A DNA stretch of 63,856 nucleotides, filler included, from Octopus bimaculoides (GCF_001194135.2; 7 parts of 7 records of this genome joined end to end with filler, not necessarily neighbours in it), one strand, 5' to 3'. Positions 1 to 12,539 are shown, counted from the whole stretch's first letter. A program made the numbers and translations. The notes: a model not told the origin generated them from the sequence alone.

Positions 1-39
<39 letters not shown>

Positions 40-188
40 ATATATGTTTGTCTCCGTCTCTCTTCCTCTGTACGTATGAATAAAATAGGATATAATATGT
101 GTGCGTGCGTGTGTGTTTACGTTTAGTTATAACAATTTTACGTTAATCTGAGGTATTACACAAATATTTCTGTAGAGTACAGGCGTAC

Positions 189-298
189 TCTTAAACAAGA
201 ATATTGTTGATAGTGACTTCGGAGTTTCGGTGACAATCAGACGATGGCTTAACTGGCGAAAACGTCGAAGCCACTGTCAACAATATTCTTGGCTAAGA
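189..298. repeat. short palindromic (hairpin) element
   Basis: Arm 189-221 TCTTAAACAAGAATATTGTTGATAGTGACTTCG is near-complementary to arm 266-298 CGAAGCCACTGTCAACAATATTCTTGGCTAAGA. Confidence 0.65.
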
Positions 299-429
299 AT
301 AAATCACACACACACGCACACATCTTATTATTTCTTTAAGTTTTTTAACTGCGGTCATGCTAGGGCACCGCCCTGTAAGGCTTAGTCGAATAAATTGACT
401 CTAGTGCTTATTTTTAAATCAGTGGCGTT

Positions 430-1421
430 TGATTCTGTCTCTGATGCGAATGAGTGACCACTGACCAGCTCAATTTTCGCAATGTTTGATTGTTGCCAAG
501 GACATGTGTAGTCGTGCATTTTCTTGGTTAATTTGGATCATTCTGAAATTCTTGTTTGCTCTTTTCCTCCTAAAAAAGATTCTCTAAGTGCTTTGGATAT
601 TTCGTTATATCACTCACTGTTCACGGTACAGCTACGTGTTAGAGATTCAAGAACAATGATTCCCTTTGCACCTCACAAAATAATCATCATCGCTGACTCT
701 TGAAATTCCTAGGCTTTGGCAAAGAGGTGTGACGCCATTCTATAGAAAGATCCCTTGTTTCCTGATAGCAATGATACACCCAGGTTTCATCCCCTGTCTC
801 TAGATCGGCAAAAAACCCTTATCTTCATCGGCTTCGAACGCTTCCAACAGAACAGAGCAAACCTCTATCCTTCTCTCCTTCAAATCGGGTGTCACCTGCC
901 GAGATATCTACTTTGCATTCACTTTCCGATGCCCAAAGTCTTGCCCTGTCTTCTGTATTGCCTTGTGGCCAAAATCCAGTTGTACAACAAGCTGGTAGAT
1001 TCTGACTCTTCAATCCACACGAATCAAATATATCCATTCGCTGGCGATTCGTGTCCTTTGCCGGAGCTGATTGCCTCCCATTGCATGGATTGTCTTCAAA
1101 GCTGGTTTCAATTTCTTTGAACTTCTTTATCTATCTGTATACATTGCTCTTATCAATGGTGTCATCTCAGCAATCCTCCTTTAGTATTCTGTGAATGTTG
1201 GGCAACTTGTACCTCTTCTTCGTCAAACGCTCAATGACGGCCCATGGTTTCTGTTTGAAACTCATAATTTGCTCGCAATGAAGAAGAAGAAGAACAGGAG
1301 AAAGAGTTGCTATAAAGGAGGAGCATGTGCAGTTTGAACCACCGCGTGTAATTTGAACGACTGATGCCAGTTAATAAAAAGGATACGTCCATTTTTGTAT
1401 TACTTTTGGTACAACCCTTAT
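430..1421 (-). mobile_element. degenerate Tc1/mariner transposon (transposase pseudogene plus one TIR)
   Basis: Minus-strand translation across stops and frameshifts gives MSFKQKPWAVIERL...SFEDNPCNGR (N-terminal HTH region, ATG 1265), ETGDETWVYHCYQET (mariner TGDETW first catalytic Asp motif) and QENARLH (HDNARPH-like). A mariner-type terminus TA-CATAAGGGTTGTACCAAAAGTAAT lies at about 1395-1421. Confidence 0.7.
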
Positions 1422-1624
1422 GTATGTACGTATGTATGTATGAATGTATGTATGTATGTATGTATGTATTATGAATGTATGTATGTATTTATGAATGTAT
1501 GCATGCATGTTCGTATGCATACACGCGAGTGCACACACACACGCACACACACACACGCACACACACACATATATATATGTACACATTTTTGCTATGTATG
1601 TATGCTTAAAGGTATGTATGCCTG

Positions 1625-1673
<49 letters not shown>
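1419..1673. repeat. (TATG)n/(CA)n/(TA)n compound microsatellite
   Basis: Direct inspection. Explains the YIYI/HTHT/CVCV ORFs here. Confidence 0.9.
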
Positions 1674-1675
<2 letters not shown>

Positions 1676-3585
1676 GTTTCTTTGTTTACTTGCTATTAAC
1701 AATTTAAGGGATGTGGGAATATTTGTAAGACGTGAATACAAAAACTGATATTTCCCCGCTATTAATTTTTCATCAAAAGTTTTAGAATAAAAAAAAAGAA
1801 ATTTAAAAGACAATAAATGAATAAAAAAAAAAAGATTTCAGCAAAATGCAACCAACCCTTGTTATCTGTCATTTTTAATAACGTAACAGCTTTGGCTTTC
1901 AACCGAGCGTTGCTTGCTTCAATCATTTAGTGAAATGGTTTTCCTCTTCACACAGCCATCTATTGCCATTCATCTCTCCTCGAAATTCTATTCTTACAGA
2001 CATCTTAGTGAACCCTAATCATCAATTCACAACATATCTCATTTACTTAATTCAATTAACTTCAATTAGGCATTCACAAGCTCCATCCTTCAGGCTGTTC
2101 TGCCTTTCAATTTGTAATGTTTCCTTCAAGCTGTTCCACTCAATAATTTAGCGTGTTTTTCTCAGTCGGCCCAAATCACCAATTTACAATGTCCGCTCTA
2201 AAGATAACCTCCACTCCTATAATCTATCTAGTAACAACAATGATAATCAATTCAGTGTTCTCACCCTAACTAGGGTGATCTATTACAACAATAAATACCC
2301 GTTTTCCACCCGTTTCTTTCATCTTCTGCTCAATTAAATTCAATCATCAGCTTAAAACTTCAAAGTTACTTTATAACAAAGTAAGTTTTGTTCGTTTTAT
2401 AACTTTTTCAGGCAAATAAAAGATTCTTGATTAGTTTTAGCAGTGTTATAGCCCCGAGCCCTACCCCGCTCTATTACTTTACCCCTATAGAAGCAATTCC
2501 TCGAACCAACAAAGGAGTTTCTATGTGCTCTTTGGAACTTGCAAGAAATAGCAGCCAAATCTCTCTCAAATCATATATGGGTACAGCGTCGATTTTCCGG
2601 TGTCTTTCGTTCCAAACCTTTCCGGATCACTGACTTTTCTGAACCAGCGGTGGGTTACCTTGGTCAACACTCTCCAAATAAAAGAAATATTAAATTTACT
2701 TCAATAATTGAATGAAATACAGGACTTGTACACTAGTTTAAATGATACCAGTTTATTAATACTGAGCAAAGCACTGTGAAACAAGACCACCTCGTAAACT
2801 AGACCGGCGGCTGCGAGAATTTGAAGCTCTTACGAATTACAAGGGATTCTGGATCATCAGTGTACGGAAAGAAAGTTATCCTACGGCGTCTTGCATCTCG
2901 GACAGCACTGAGATGGTCAAGGCTGGAATCGTATCGATTACAGGTGCGTCCGACCAGGGAAACAACAACAACGAAAAAAAAAAAAATGACCCTCACTAAA
3001 CAACAACACCTCCAAACCTTTTCAATCGCGAGCCCTTTTGTCAAACTGGTCCCTTTTTTTTTCTAAATATTTAAGTAAAAAATAAACTACTAGGGAGTTC
3101 TTAACATTTGGTATCTTTTTTGGAGAAATATTCTTCTGATTGTGTTTGTAGTTAGTGTTGTGTTGTGACCCTTATGCATGTCTCCTGTGACTTAGTGCAT
3201 AAAACGCATTTATTGGCAGATTCTTTGGAGCGTCGGACAGAATAGCTCTCTGTGTTTTGAGTTCAAATTCAGTCGAGTTCAAGGTCTTCCTTTTTATCCA
3301 TTCGAGTGTCTTATAAAAAAGATAGCAATTTAGGTTGATGGATTGGCAGAACCGTTAGAGAATCGGATAAGATGAATGTCCTTTTGTAGTTTCGGCTCTC
3401 TGCGTTCAAATCCCGATTCATGTTAATGGGGAAATAAAAATGAAAAACGGTAAGGCTTCTGTCAGGAATTACAACCAAAAGGTCGATGTAGACATTGTTT
3501 TTTTTTCTTTTTTTTGGTTTCAGTGGAAGATCAGTTGTGATATCCTCATTCGTTTATCGCTTATCTTTTACGTGTTACAGTCATT

Positions 3586-4030
3586 GGACTGCAGCCATGC
3601 TGGGGCAACGCCTCGAAATGTTTTAGTCGAACAGATCGACCGCAGGACTTATTTTAAAGTCTGATATTTATTTTAAGGGTCTGTTTTGCTGAACAACTAC
3701 TGAGTTACGGGGACCCAAACAAACCAACGCCGGTTGTAAAACAGTAGTGGGACGAACACGCACAAACACAAACACACACACGCTCTGTTTCACATACACA
3801 CACGCATATGCTCATACTCACAGACAGACAAACAGACAGACAGACACACACACACACACACACACGTATACAACGGACTTCCACTTCGTTTCTGTCATCC
3901 CAATTCACTCACAAGATACTGGTCGGCACCGTGCTATAGTTGAAGTCACTTATTCAAGGCACCACGCAGTGGGATTGAACCCGAAGCCAGGAGACTGAAA
4001 AGTGAGCTTCTTAACCACACAACTACGCCT
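3586..4030 (-). mobile_element. tRNA-derived SINE, family A (diverged copy)
   Basis: Shares the GCCATGCTGG..., CCAACGCCGGTTGT, internal (CA)n and CACGCAGTGGGATTGAACCC blocks with the copy at 41941-42384. Confidence 0.65.
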
Positions 4031-4329
4031 GCAAGATTCGGGAGAATTCTATATTTTATCCCAAAGTAAAGCGTTTTATCTTCATGACATTTCAAAACTC
4101 TATTGTGATCCTTGGTGTCGGTCACAGAACTCGAATCGTTCCTCTTCGTCACTGAAATAAAGACGGAACTAACAAGGGGAGATAATACATGGTCACTCGG
4201 CTTGTTAGATATAGTAACCAAATCTTCCTCGAATCACATCTAAAATCACATCTAGATAATATAGCCCTACATTAAAGAAAAGTAGGTCCTTCCTGAGCCG
4301 TAGGCTCATAACGTTGGTTTTTCCGGACT

Positions 4330-4530
4330 CTGTGGAATATATATGCCCCACCTTCTGGATGAGACGTCAGTCTATCGCAGGATTACTGATTTTTGTCAGC
4401 TGGAATGAGCTGGAACAATATGAAATGAAGTGTTTTGCTCAAGAACACAACGCATCGCCTGGTCTAGGAATCGAACCACAACCTTATAATCACGAGCACA
4501 ACAGCTTTAACTATTAAACCACACGCCTCC
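4330..4530 (-). mobile_element. tRNA-derived SINE, family E (partial)
   Basis: Reverse strand reads GGCGTGTGGTTTAATAG...GGTTCGATTCC (A/B-box-like), then TGTGTTCTTGAGCAAAACACTT, as at 29361. Confidence 0.55.
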
Positions 4531-5829
4531 ACAAACCCCTCCATAAACACCTAGAATGAAAGTGGAATTAACAACAGCCCACAACAGCATCAGCAAATTA
4601 TGCACATAAGATAACAAAATGAGGTGAGCGGAGTTAGGCAAACTATAGCGACCGATACGATCTGTTATTCAATACGATTGTAGTGGTCAACAAAGCGGAT
4701 CTTGCATTGAGTAACAACTGTAGGGACAGAGGAAATGTGTCCATAAAGCTCTCTTTTGTTTTTTTTTGTGTTTCTAGTCTAGTTTAGTGGTGGTCTGCCC
4801 TTCGGCAGGTCCAGTGCATGTGAAACCCTCTTNNNNNNNNNNNNNNNNNNNNNNNNNNNNNNNNNNNNNNNNNNNNNNNNNNNNNNNNNNNNNNNNNNNN
4901 NNNNNNNNNNNNNNNNNNNNNNNNNNNNNNNNNNNNNNNNNNNNNNNNNNNNNNNNNNNNNNNNNNNNNNNNNNNNNNNNNNNNNNNNNNNNNNNNNNNN
5001 NNNNNNNNNNNNNNNNNNNNNNNNNNNNNNNNNNNNNNNNNNNNNNNNNNNNNNNNNNNNNNNNNNNNNNNNNNNNNNNNNNNNNNNNNNNNNNNNNNNN
5101 NNNNNNNNNNNNNNNNNNNNNNNNNNNNNNNNNNNNNNNNNNNNNNNNNNNNNNNNNNNNNNNNNNNNNNNNNNNNNNNNNNNNNNNNNNNNNNNNNNNN
5201 NNNNNNNNNNNNNNNNNNNNNNNNNNNNNNNNNNNNNNNNNNNNNNNNNNNNNNNNNNNNNNNNNNNNNNNNNNNNNNNNNNNNNNNNNNNNNNNNNNNN
5301 NNNNNNNNNNNNNNNNNNNNNNNNNNNNNNNNNNNNNNNNNNNNNNNNNNNNNNNNNNNNNNNNNNNNNNNNNNNNNNNNNNNNNNNNNNNNNNNNNNNN
5401 NNNNNNNNNNNNNNNNNNNNNNNNNNNNNNNNNNNNNNNNNNNNNNNNNNNNNNNNNNNNNNNNNNNNNNNNNNNNNNNNNNNNNNNNNNNNNNNNNNNN
5501 NNNNNNNNNNNNNNNNNNNNNNNNNNNNNNNNNNNNNNNNNNNNNNNNNNNNNNNNNNNNNNNNNNNNNNNNNNNNNNNNNNNNNNNNNNNNNNNNNNNN
5601 NNNNNNNNNNNNNNNNNNNNNNNNNNNNNNNNNNNNNNNNNNNNNNNNNNNNNNNNNNNNNNNNNNNNNNNNNNNNNNNNNNNNNNNNNNNNNNNNNNNN
5701 NNNNNNNNNNNNNNNNNNNNNNNNNNNNNNNNNNNNNNNNNNNNNNNNNNNNNNNNNNNNNNNNNNNNNNNNNNNNNNNNNNNNNNNNNNNNNNNNNNNN
5801 NNNNNNNNNNNNNNNNNNNNNNNNNNNNA

Positions 5830-6274
5830 GATGATGATGATGATGATGATGATGATGATAGTGGTTGTGGTGATGACGATAATGGTGACGATGAAAGAGA
5901 AAGAAGAGGAAAAGAAGGAGGAGGAAGGAAAAGAGAATGAAATGATGGTGATGATGATAATGAAGGAGAAAGAGGATGAGGAGAAAGAAGAAGAAAAAGA
6001 AGAAAGAGGAGGAAAAAAGAAGGGAAAGGAACACCGACAAGAACAGCAAGGGCAAGAAGAAGAAGAAGAAGAAGAAGAAGAAGGAGGAGAAGAAGAAGAA
6101 GAAGAAGAAGAAGGAGAAGAAGAAGAAGAAGAAGAAGAAGAAGAAGAAGAAGAGAGACCATCACCACCAACAACAACAACAACAACGACAACTGAAGCTA
6201 TTTCCCTTAATAGTTCTGGGAATATCCGTCACCCAAACTGATGCTTCAATCAATAATGACCGAAACTACTGCTC

Positions 6275-6310
<36 letters not shown>

Positions 6311-6382
6311 TCTCTACCACAACCACCACCGTCACAGTCGCCGCCGCCGCCACTACTACCACCACCATTACAACGCTAGAAC
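5830..6382. repeat. trinucleotide microsatellite mosaic (GAT/GAA/CAA/CTA/CCA)n
   Basis: Direct inspection. Gives homopolymer ORFs in all frames on both strands. Confidence 0.9.
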
Positions 6383-6482
6383 NNNNNNNNNNNNNNNNNN
6401 NNNNNNNNNNNNNNNNNNNNNNNNNNTTAATTAATTAANNNNNNNNNNNNNNNNNNNNNNNNNNNNNNNNNNNNNNNNNNNN
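6383..6482. other. artificial scaffold-joining spacer N44-TTAATTAATTAA-N44
   Basis: Core at 6427-6438 with exactly 44 N each side. Palindromic, with stops in six frames. Confidence 0.95.
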
Positions 6483-7929
6483 TCTTGCCAAAACAGTCAC
6501 AGAAGATTGATACAGGCTTCTGCTTGGCTGGTTCCTGTGAAACCATTCTACCCATGCTAGCATGGACAGTGGACGTTAAAGGATGATCTTCACCAAGATG
6601 ATTGACATAAGTATGTAGCCACTGTGGTACCTGATATTCATCCTCTTTGGTATTCTAAAAGAGGATTTATGGTTGCTCAGACATTGCTTAAAGGGACCAT
6701 TAGTTGAACTGACATATTTCCATGTCTGTGCACTGTGTGTGCTGTAACTACCGATGTTTCAGTATATTCAGTCTTAATATCATTGTTGTTGTTGCCAACC
6801 TAGCTGTTAATACTGCTGTCTCCATTAATTGATGTACTGTTGCTACACTGGAATACCCTATGTGGATGCCTAACATGTTAGAAATATTGACAAAATCTCC
6901 TTCAGTCACGTACTACCTTCTTATAAGACTTCAGTTCATATTATCTAATCCTAAGGATTTCAGAAGATGACATGGGCAATGAGATTAACGCATGTTATGC
7001 TTTACCAATCTATTGACTCTTAGCGGAGCAATAGGGCACAGACATTCTAAAGTGGGTCTCCAGGCGTCAATGAAAAATGAACAGAAAAGTTTGTTTTAGA
7101 AGACTTTATGCCAGGAAATAACACAGATAATTTTCTGAAGCCCATGCTCGAAGATAAACACTACAGTCGTAGAAGAGCCATCAAACATGCCTGTCCAAGA
7201 TAAGTGCAGTACAACAATCTCATCTCAGATGTACTTTCATTGTCCAGGCATCACTGATATCTAAAGTTTTGTGAAACAGCTGCTGTTGTTTGTTGCATTG
7301 ATCTGGCTGTAATCTGGGCCCATCACAGTGATTGCCTCACACCTTCCTTTAACTGGGCAGAGAAGGCAGATTCCACTTTCTGATAGGTTGTGTCATGGAT
7401 GAAGTTGAAATGTCATTTCACTTTGGTCAGTCCTTAATCTGTATTTTTAAAGTTTCACTTGTAAAGAAGGTTACAATATAAGGAAGGTACTGTCCTCAGA
7501 AAGAATCTTTTTCAATGTGAGGTGAAAGTGACAACAAGGGGGAAGAACGGATGGGGTTCACAGTATAAAAAACAATAGATCAGGAAACAATAATTGGAGA
7601 GGGCACTATTCTTGGAGTTTAAGATGATATTCAATTTTGGGATTCTCCAACTGCATCTCTTGAGAGGTCCCACATCATTCAAGAGAAGCGCATCATCATT
7701 CTTATATTCATTTAATTGTATACATGTATACTAATTAAAGAATTGGAAGGAAAGCTATTCAGACTCATTATGTGTTCAGTTCAAATCCAGCCTATCTCAT
7801 CTTCCCCTTTCATTCTTACATGGGTCAATAACATAAAATACCAGTCAGAAACTGGAGTTAGTGATATCAACTAAAGACTGCAGATCAAAAATTTCTGCCT
7901 TTCTTTGCTCAAATCTGGGACTGTTATTA

Positions 7930-7990
7930 CTATTAGTATTATAATATTAGTATTATAATATTAGTATTATAATATTAGTATTATAATATT
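7930..7990. repeat. 14-bp tandem repeat (TATTAGTATTATAA) x~4
   Basis: Direct inspection. Confidence 0.85.
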
Positions 7991-8504
7991 TAAGGATGGT
8001 GGAAGGTGGTGAGCTGGCAGAAACATTAGCATACTGGGCAAGAAGTCTGTTTTAAGTGATTGCCAAATTCTAGTGTAGAAGGACTAAGTTCAATGCATTG
8101 TGCACTGTTTGGATGATGACACATTGTACAAATGTAAAAAGTCGAGTTAGAAATTACAAGAAAAATGAGCAAGATAAGCTGAGTTATAACTAACGTATAG
8201 TTGTGGAAGTCTTCTGGAAGGAACACATTTACAAACTTCCTGTTTTTGTGAAGCAGACTTAATCCATCACCCAGATTAATACCGCTACCTGGCCCTTGGG
8301 TAGCTTTAATGAACTCCACTCTTTTTCCAGCATTTGTGAATGTCTTAGGTGTCAGGATAGCCTCCTCTTTCTTTTCCATTAGCCATAAACATAACAGGAA
8401 CTGTCATGGACACAGCAATGCTTCATCAGACAAAAAAACTTAACACAAAAATAAAAACAAAATTTCGTAGGCAAGAGCAACAAGAGAGAGCCTTTTTACA
8501 TTAC

Positions 8505-8675
8505 CTTTACAACCAGATGACAATGGGGCCCATTCACCATCCTTCTTACATTCTGATTTTAATTTTTCTCCTCCTGGACATGTATAGATCACTTCAGATT
8601 TATAGGTGGTGGAATTGTAAGATTTTGATGCACCAACAATGTCTTTTGGACGTCCGCAGTCAGTTATTGTGAAAG
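8505..8675 (-). CDS. internal exon encoding one Sushi/CCP (SCR) domain; parent gene unidentified
   Basis: Acceptor TTTCTCTGATCACTTCCAG| at 8676 and donor |GTAATG at 8504, phase 1-1, 171 nt open: FTITDCGRPKDIVGASKSYNSTTYKSEVIYTCPGGEKLKSECKKDGEWAPLSSGCK. Shows the four-Cys CCP pattern (CxxP...YxC...C...GxW...C). Confidence 0.75.
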
Positions 8676-8848
8676 CTGGAAGTGATCAGAGAAATTGAGA
8701 TCAATGGTTACTATATGTGAGAATGAGGGTGAATATGAGAAGATAATGACAAATTTGAAATAAAATATATTGACTGAGATAAACAGATGAAATATGTACA
8801 CAGATATAAACAGATACATAAATGAATGTTTATGTGTGTGTGTGTATG

Positions 8849-8972
8849 AAGGCACGTGGCCTAGTGGTTAGGCTGCTGCACTCATGATCACTATATTATA
8901 GCTTCCATTCCCAGACCAGGCAGCATGTTGTGTTCTTGAGCAAAACACTTTGTTTCATGTCACTCCAGTCCC
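8849..8972 (+). mobile_element. SINE family E 5' fragment
   Basis: GGCACGTGGCCTAGTGGTTAGG head followed by TGTTCTTGAGCAAAACACTT. Confidence 0.55.
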
Positions 8973-10056
8973 CTTTTAATCAAGAGAGGGTGGTGGCCTG
9001 GTCACCTAACCAGTGGGGTGGAATCATGTGATGGCTAAACTGATGCAAAGTGACCAGTGATGAGTAACACCTGATAGACTATCCAATGCAAATGGATGTT
9101 GACAGTTTCAGTAAAGTGTTCTATGGACGTGAATGTGTCTTTTGAGGCCAGATGGTACTTTGCAAATCTTTTGGCAAATGAAACAGGTTGACGACTTAGT
9201 TTATTTGAGTGCTTGTGGCTCATTCTTGCCTGCTTTATTTTATTCCACAAAACCATAATGACAGGCAAGGTTTCCATTTAGAGTTCACTTTGTTCAAATC
9301 TTTTAACTGTGGAGAAGCAGAACTGGTGCCAGGCCCTGCTCTCTGATGCTTTGTTTTCCCAGGAAGAAAAGGGAATGTTGCACTGCTTCAGATTGTCTTT
9401 TCGTTTGTCTTTGAAGCACAATAGTAGCCTAACTGACCTTCCTGTTCAGAATTGGCCAAAGAGATGTGGCTTCAGAATATGTGGGAGATGACCCTGACTA
9501 AGCTGTATTTTGATGATGATGATGGCTTCAATACCTGATATATNNNNNNNNNNNNNNNNNNNNNNNNNNNNNNNNNNNNNNNNNNNNNNNNNNNNNNNNN
9601 NNNNNNNNNNNNNNNNNNNNNNNNNNNNNNNNNNNNNNNNNNNNNNNNNNNNNNNNNNNNNNNNNNNNNNNNNNNNNNNNNNNNNNNNNNNNNNNNNNNN
9701 NNNNNNNNNNNNNNNNNNNNNNNNNNNNNNNNNNNNNNNNNNNNNNNNNNNNNNNNNNNNNNNNNNNNNNNNNNNNNNNNNNNNNNNNNNNNNNNNNNNN
9801 NNNNNNNNNNNNNNNNNNNAAACAGCTGTAAGATTATACTTCTGTTCATCCTCTAATTCCTTATGTACTTTGTACTTCTATATGTAAACCAGGTTGGCAA
9901 AATAACATAGTCTACCATAGACACCTGTGCTTTGGTTCTTTCTTTCTTTTTCTTTCTTTTTTTGTCACTTTTGCTATGTATTAAATTAATGAATTCAACG
10001 GGATACACTGTCTGCAAGTAGTTGGGTTCAGCATATTATCCTCCATTTTCTAATTG

Positions 10057-10094
<38 letters not shown>

Positions 10095-10694
10095 TGATCT
10101 AATTATAAATCTCACAGAGAGACATAAGCAGCAGTATTATGATAAAGTAGTTGTTTAGTGTCAACTTAATGTGACAGACCCATTAAGGGAATCATACTAC
10201 TACTATTTAGCCCTAGGAAGCTGGATCGCTTCTTGTTGGCCTTGACACATTTCCTGTGTCCTTATATTTGTGAAGGGGAGACAAGCTTCCCCACCCAGCT
10301 TTAGTCTGCATTCAGTGACATGTTTCTGAGTCATCGCTCGTCATCAGCCTGAAGTAGCTGACCAGCTGGTTGAAAAAGCATGTCTAGCCTTCATATATAT
10401 ATATATATATAGTCCACCAAAACAGACACATTTGCAGGGGGTAGTCTTTGACTTGGCCAGCTCATGTCCACCATCCTATCCAACCAAACATGCAAGAGAG
10501 ATGTTAAATGGTACTGATGATGACGATATATCTACATAAACACACATTACGTACACATATACATATAAGTACACACTGATACACACGATAAGTTAAATGG
10601 AAACACTCTACAGACCTGCGCTAATCACATGTACATCCCAACTTCCATTATTGGGTTTCAAGTTAGCAGTCATCTGAGTTACATTGCTCAGATC

Positions 10695-10794
10695 NNNNNN
10701 NNNNNNNNNNNNNNNNNNNNNNNNNNNNNNNNNNNNNNTTAATTAATTAANNNNNNNNNNNNNNNNNNNNNNNNNNNNNNNNNNNNNNNNNNNN
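10695..10794. other. artificial scaffold-joining spacer
   Basis: TTAATTAATTAA at 10739-10750 flanked by 44 N each side. Confidence 0.95.
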
Positions 10795-10817
10795 GAGGCA
10801 AACAGAGGTGAAGCCAG

Positions 10818-10887
10818 ACCGGAAGGGCCAAACCGGAAGGGCCAAACCGGAAGGGCCAAACCGGAAGGGTCAGATCGGAAGTCGGCG
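10818..10887 (+). repeat. 14-bp tandem repeat ACCGGAAGGGCCAA x5 (last two diverged), each carrying an ETS-like CGGAAG core
   Basis: Units start at 10818, 10832, 10846, 10860 and 10874 in a visibly CpG-rich stretch. Confidence 0.85.
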
Positions 10888-11639
10888 ACACGCGGTCGAA
10901 GGCTAGCACGTGGGGCCAGTGAGAAAACAGCGACGTTACGAGAAAGACGTGTTCTGATTAGGAGCGATCGTGTACCCCGTTGCGGTCGGCAAGGTAAGGT
11001 CCAACGCTTCATTCTGTCCTTTTGCTTCTTGTTGTCTTCTTCCTCCATCGCACCACATATATAATAGTAGCAAGTTTTACATTGTGTAAAGTCATTAGTT
11101 GAACTATTAGTCCTCTTGCATTCTGGGAGGTATCAGAGAGTTTGAGTGACATTAGACCCCAACTAATGCCCATAAATTAAATGCATCTATCTGGGACACA
11201 TTCGTGGCCTGTCGACCTATGCCTAACGACCACGATCATGGCTTGTCAGGCTTTATGTGTTAATGTCCATTTACGATGGAGACAGGAACCAGCCAGGCCC
11301 CTACAAGGCCCCATTGTCTGTTCTGGCATTGGGGTCACTGTCGTCCAGCTCCACCTTTTTTTTTTTCTTATTTTAGCCCGGCTTTTTAACGGTTCTAGAA
11401 TGGCCGAAGGAAAAGAATATGCACACCACCCGTTTTCAGCGTTTACGGTTAGGGTAAAGGTTAAAGTTTCGCCGAAAACGGGTGGTGTGCGTACTCTTTA
11501 CCTCCTCCAAACAAAGTACCAACCAAGAAATGGAATCAATTTCTCTTTTCTACAATCAGATAAACGAAAGGGCAAAGAACTTTTCACGAACCGGTTCATT
11601 CTTTCAACACTCTCGACACAAAATGTTTCTAATTATTTA

Positions 11640-11837
11640 CCAGCAAATAAGGCAGCGAAATGCTTAGTGGTATTTCGTTTGCCTTTACGTTCCGAGTTCA
11701 AATTCCGCCGGGGTTGACTTTGCCTTTCATCCTTTCGGGGTCGATAAATTGAGTACCAGTTGCCTACTGGAGTCGATCTAATCGACTGGCCCCTCCCCAC
11801 CAGAATTTCAGGCCTTGTGCCTAGAGTAGAAAAGAAT
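11640..11837 (+). mobile_element. tRNA-derived SINE, family B
   Basis: B-box GAGTTCAAATTCC followed by TTGACTTTGCCTTTCATCCTTTCGGGGTCGATAAA. Matches the reverse copies at 40-43 kb. Confidence 0.7.
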
Positions 11838-11946
11838 ATTTACCAGCAAATATGAACATGGACACAGAACTATCACACCTATCCACGAAGCCGGGTACTT
11901 AAGACACCCGTAATTAACATAAAGCCTGGTTAGTGCTGACACTACC

Positions 11947-12300
11947 CGGAAACTAAATCGAAAAAGAAAAAAAAAAGTGCAGCGGGTGTAAAAACAAAGG
12001 TGTAGGAAGCGAATCTGAAACCAAAAATGCCCGCAAAGCAACGGGGGTGGGGGAAGCCTTCGGAAAATCCACAAGATCCGATTTTCTCCCTCGTAATTTT
12101 GAGGAAAATATAATCCTTTTGAAATCACAAATTCAGCTTTTCCTCGGGACCTGAGGAAAGCCTAGTTTGTGATTTCAAAAGGATTGTATTTTCCTTAAAG
12201 TTACGAGGGAGAAATTCGGATCTTGTGGATTTTCCGAATACCTCTCCTCACACCACCACTCCCGTTACACTATTTTTTTTTTTTTTCGATTTCGTTTCCG
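11947..12300. mobile_element. palindromic MITE-like (foldback) element
   Basis: Termini CGGAAACTAAATCGAAAAA / TTTTTCGATTTCGTTTCCG. Inner arms about 12059-12130 and 12166-12238 are near-complementary, with a central GCTTTTCCTC...GAGGAAAGC stem. Confidence 0.75.
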
Positions 12301-12401
12301 AGTAATAATATCAACATTAACCGAAAACCTTTTATATCGACCCAGGATGCGAAACAATTATCTATATTAAATACATAAAAGCAATACCTAAATAATCGTC
12401 A

Positions 12402-12539
12402 TCTTACCTTAAAACATGTCTCCTGAATAGCGAGCCATCGTTAGCATCAATCATAAACAACAGCTGCTAAATAATTATAACCATGACGACTATGATGACG
12501 GTCATATATGAATTCTATTGGTCACTTCAAGTCACGTGG
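12402..12539 (-). promoter_or_regulatory. putative promoter plus first exon, module A
   Basis: ATTGG (12517-12521), 11 nt, then CACGTG within GTCACGTGG (12531-12539). AACGATGGC on minus. Donor AAG|GTAAGATGACG at 12407. Layout mirrors module B. Confidence 0.5.

Noticed and set aside
2790-3000. CpG-containing stretch with an open frame (KLDRRLREFEALTNYKGFW...)
   Set aside because: No start, convincing splice sites or recognisable domain.
4779-6438. Long ORFs of 400-480 aa spanning N gaps (also 44774-45954, 48065-48636, 51332-53939, 58307-58881)
   Set aside because: Mostly X from gaps plus microsatellite homopolymers, open in several frames. No coding evidence.
7020-7440. Possible further exons of the Sushi gene
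   Set aside because: Frames are closed, and fragments such as LQKIICVISWHKVF look like decayed RTE LINE sequence. Too degraded to annotate.
8026-8399. 117-aa ORF next to the Sushi exon with faint galectin-like wording (INLGDGLSLLHKNRKF)
   Set aside because: Its only plausible acceptor is phase 0 while the Sushi donor is phase 1. The HxNxR/WxxE signature is not met, so the resemblance is too weak.
12517-12539. ER-stress element (ERSE/UPRE) reading of the CCAAT/CCACG motifs, tempting next to GANAB
   Set aside because: ERSE needs CCAAT-N9-CCACG. Here the order is reversed with 13 nt spacing, the core is TCACGTGG rather than TGACGTGG, and the sites lie downstream of GANAB.
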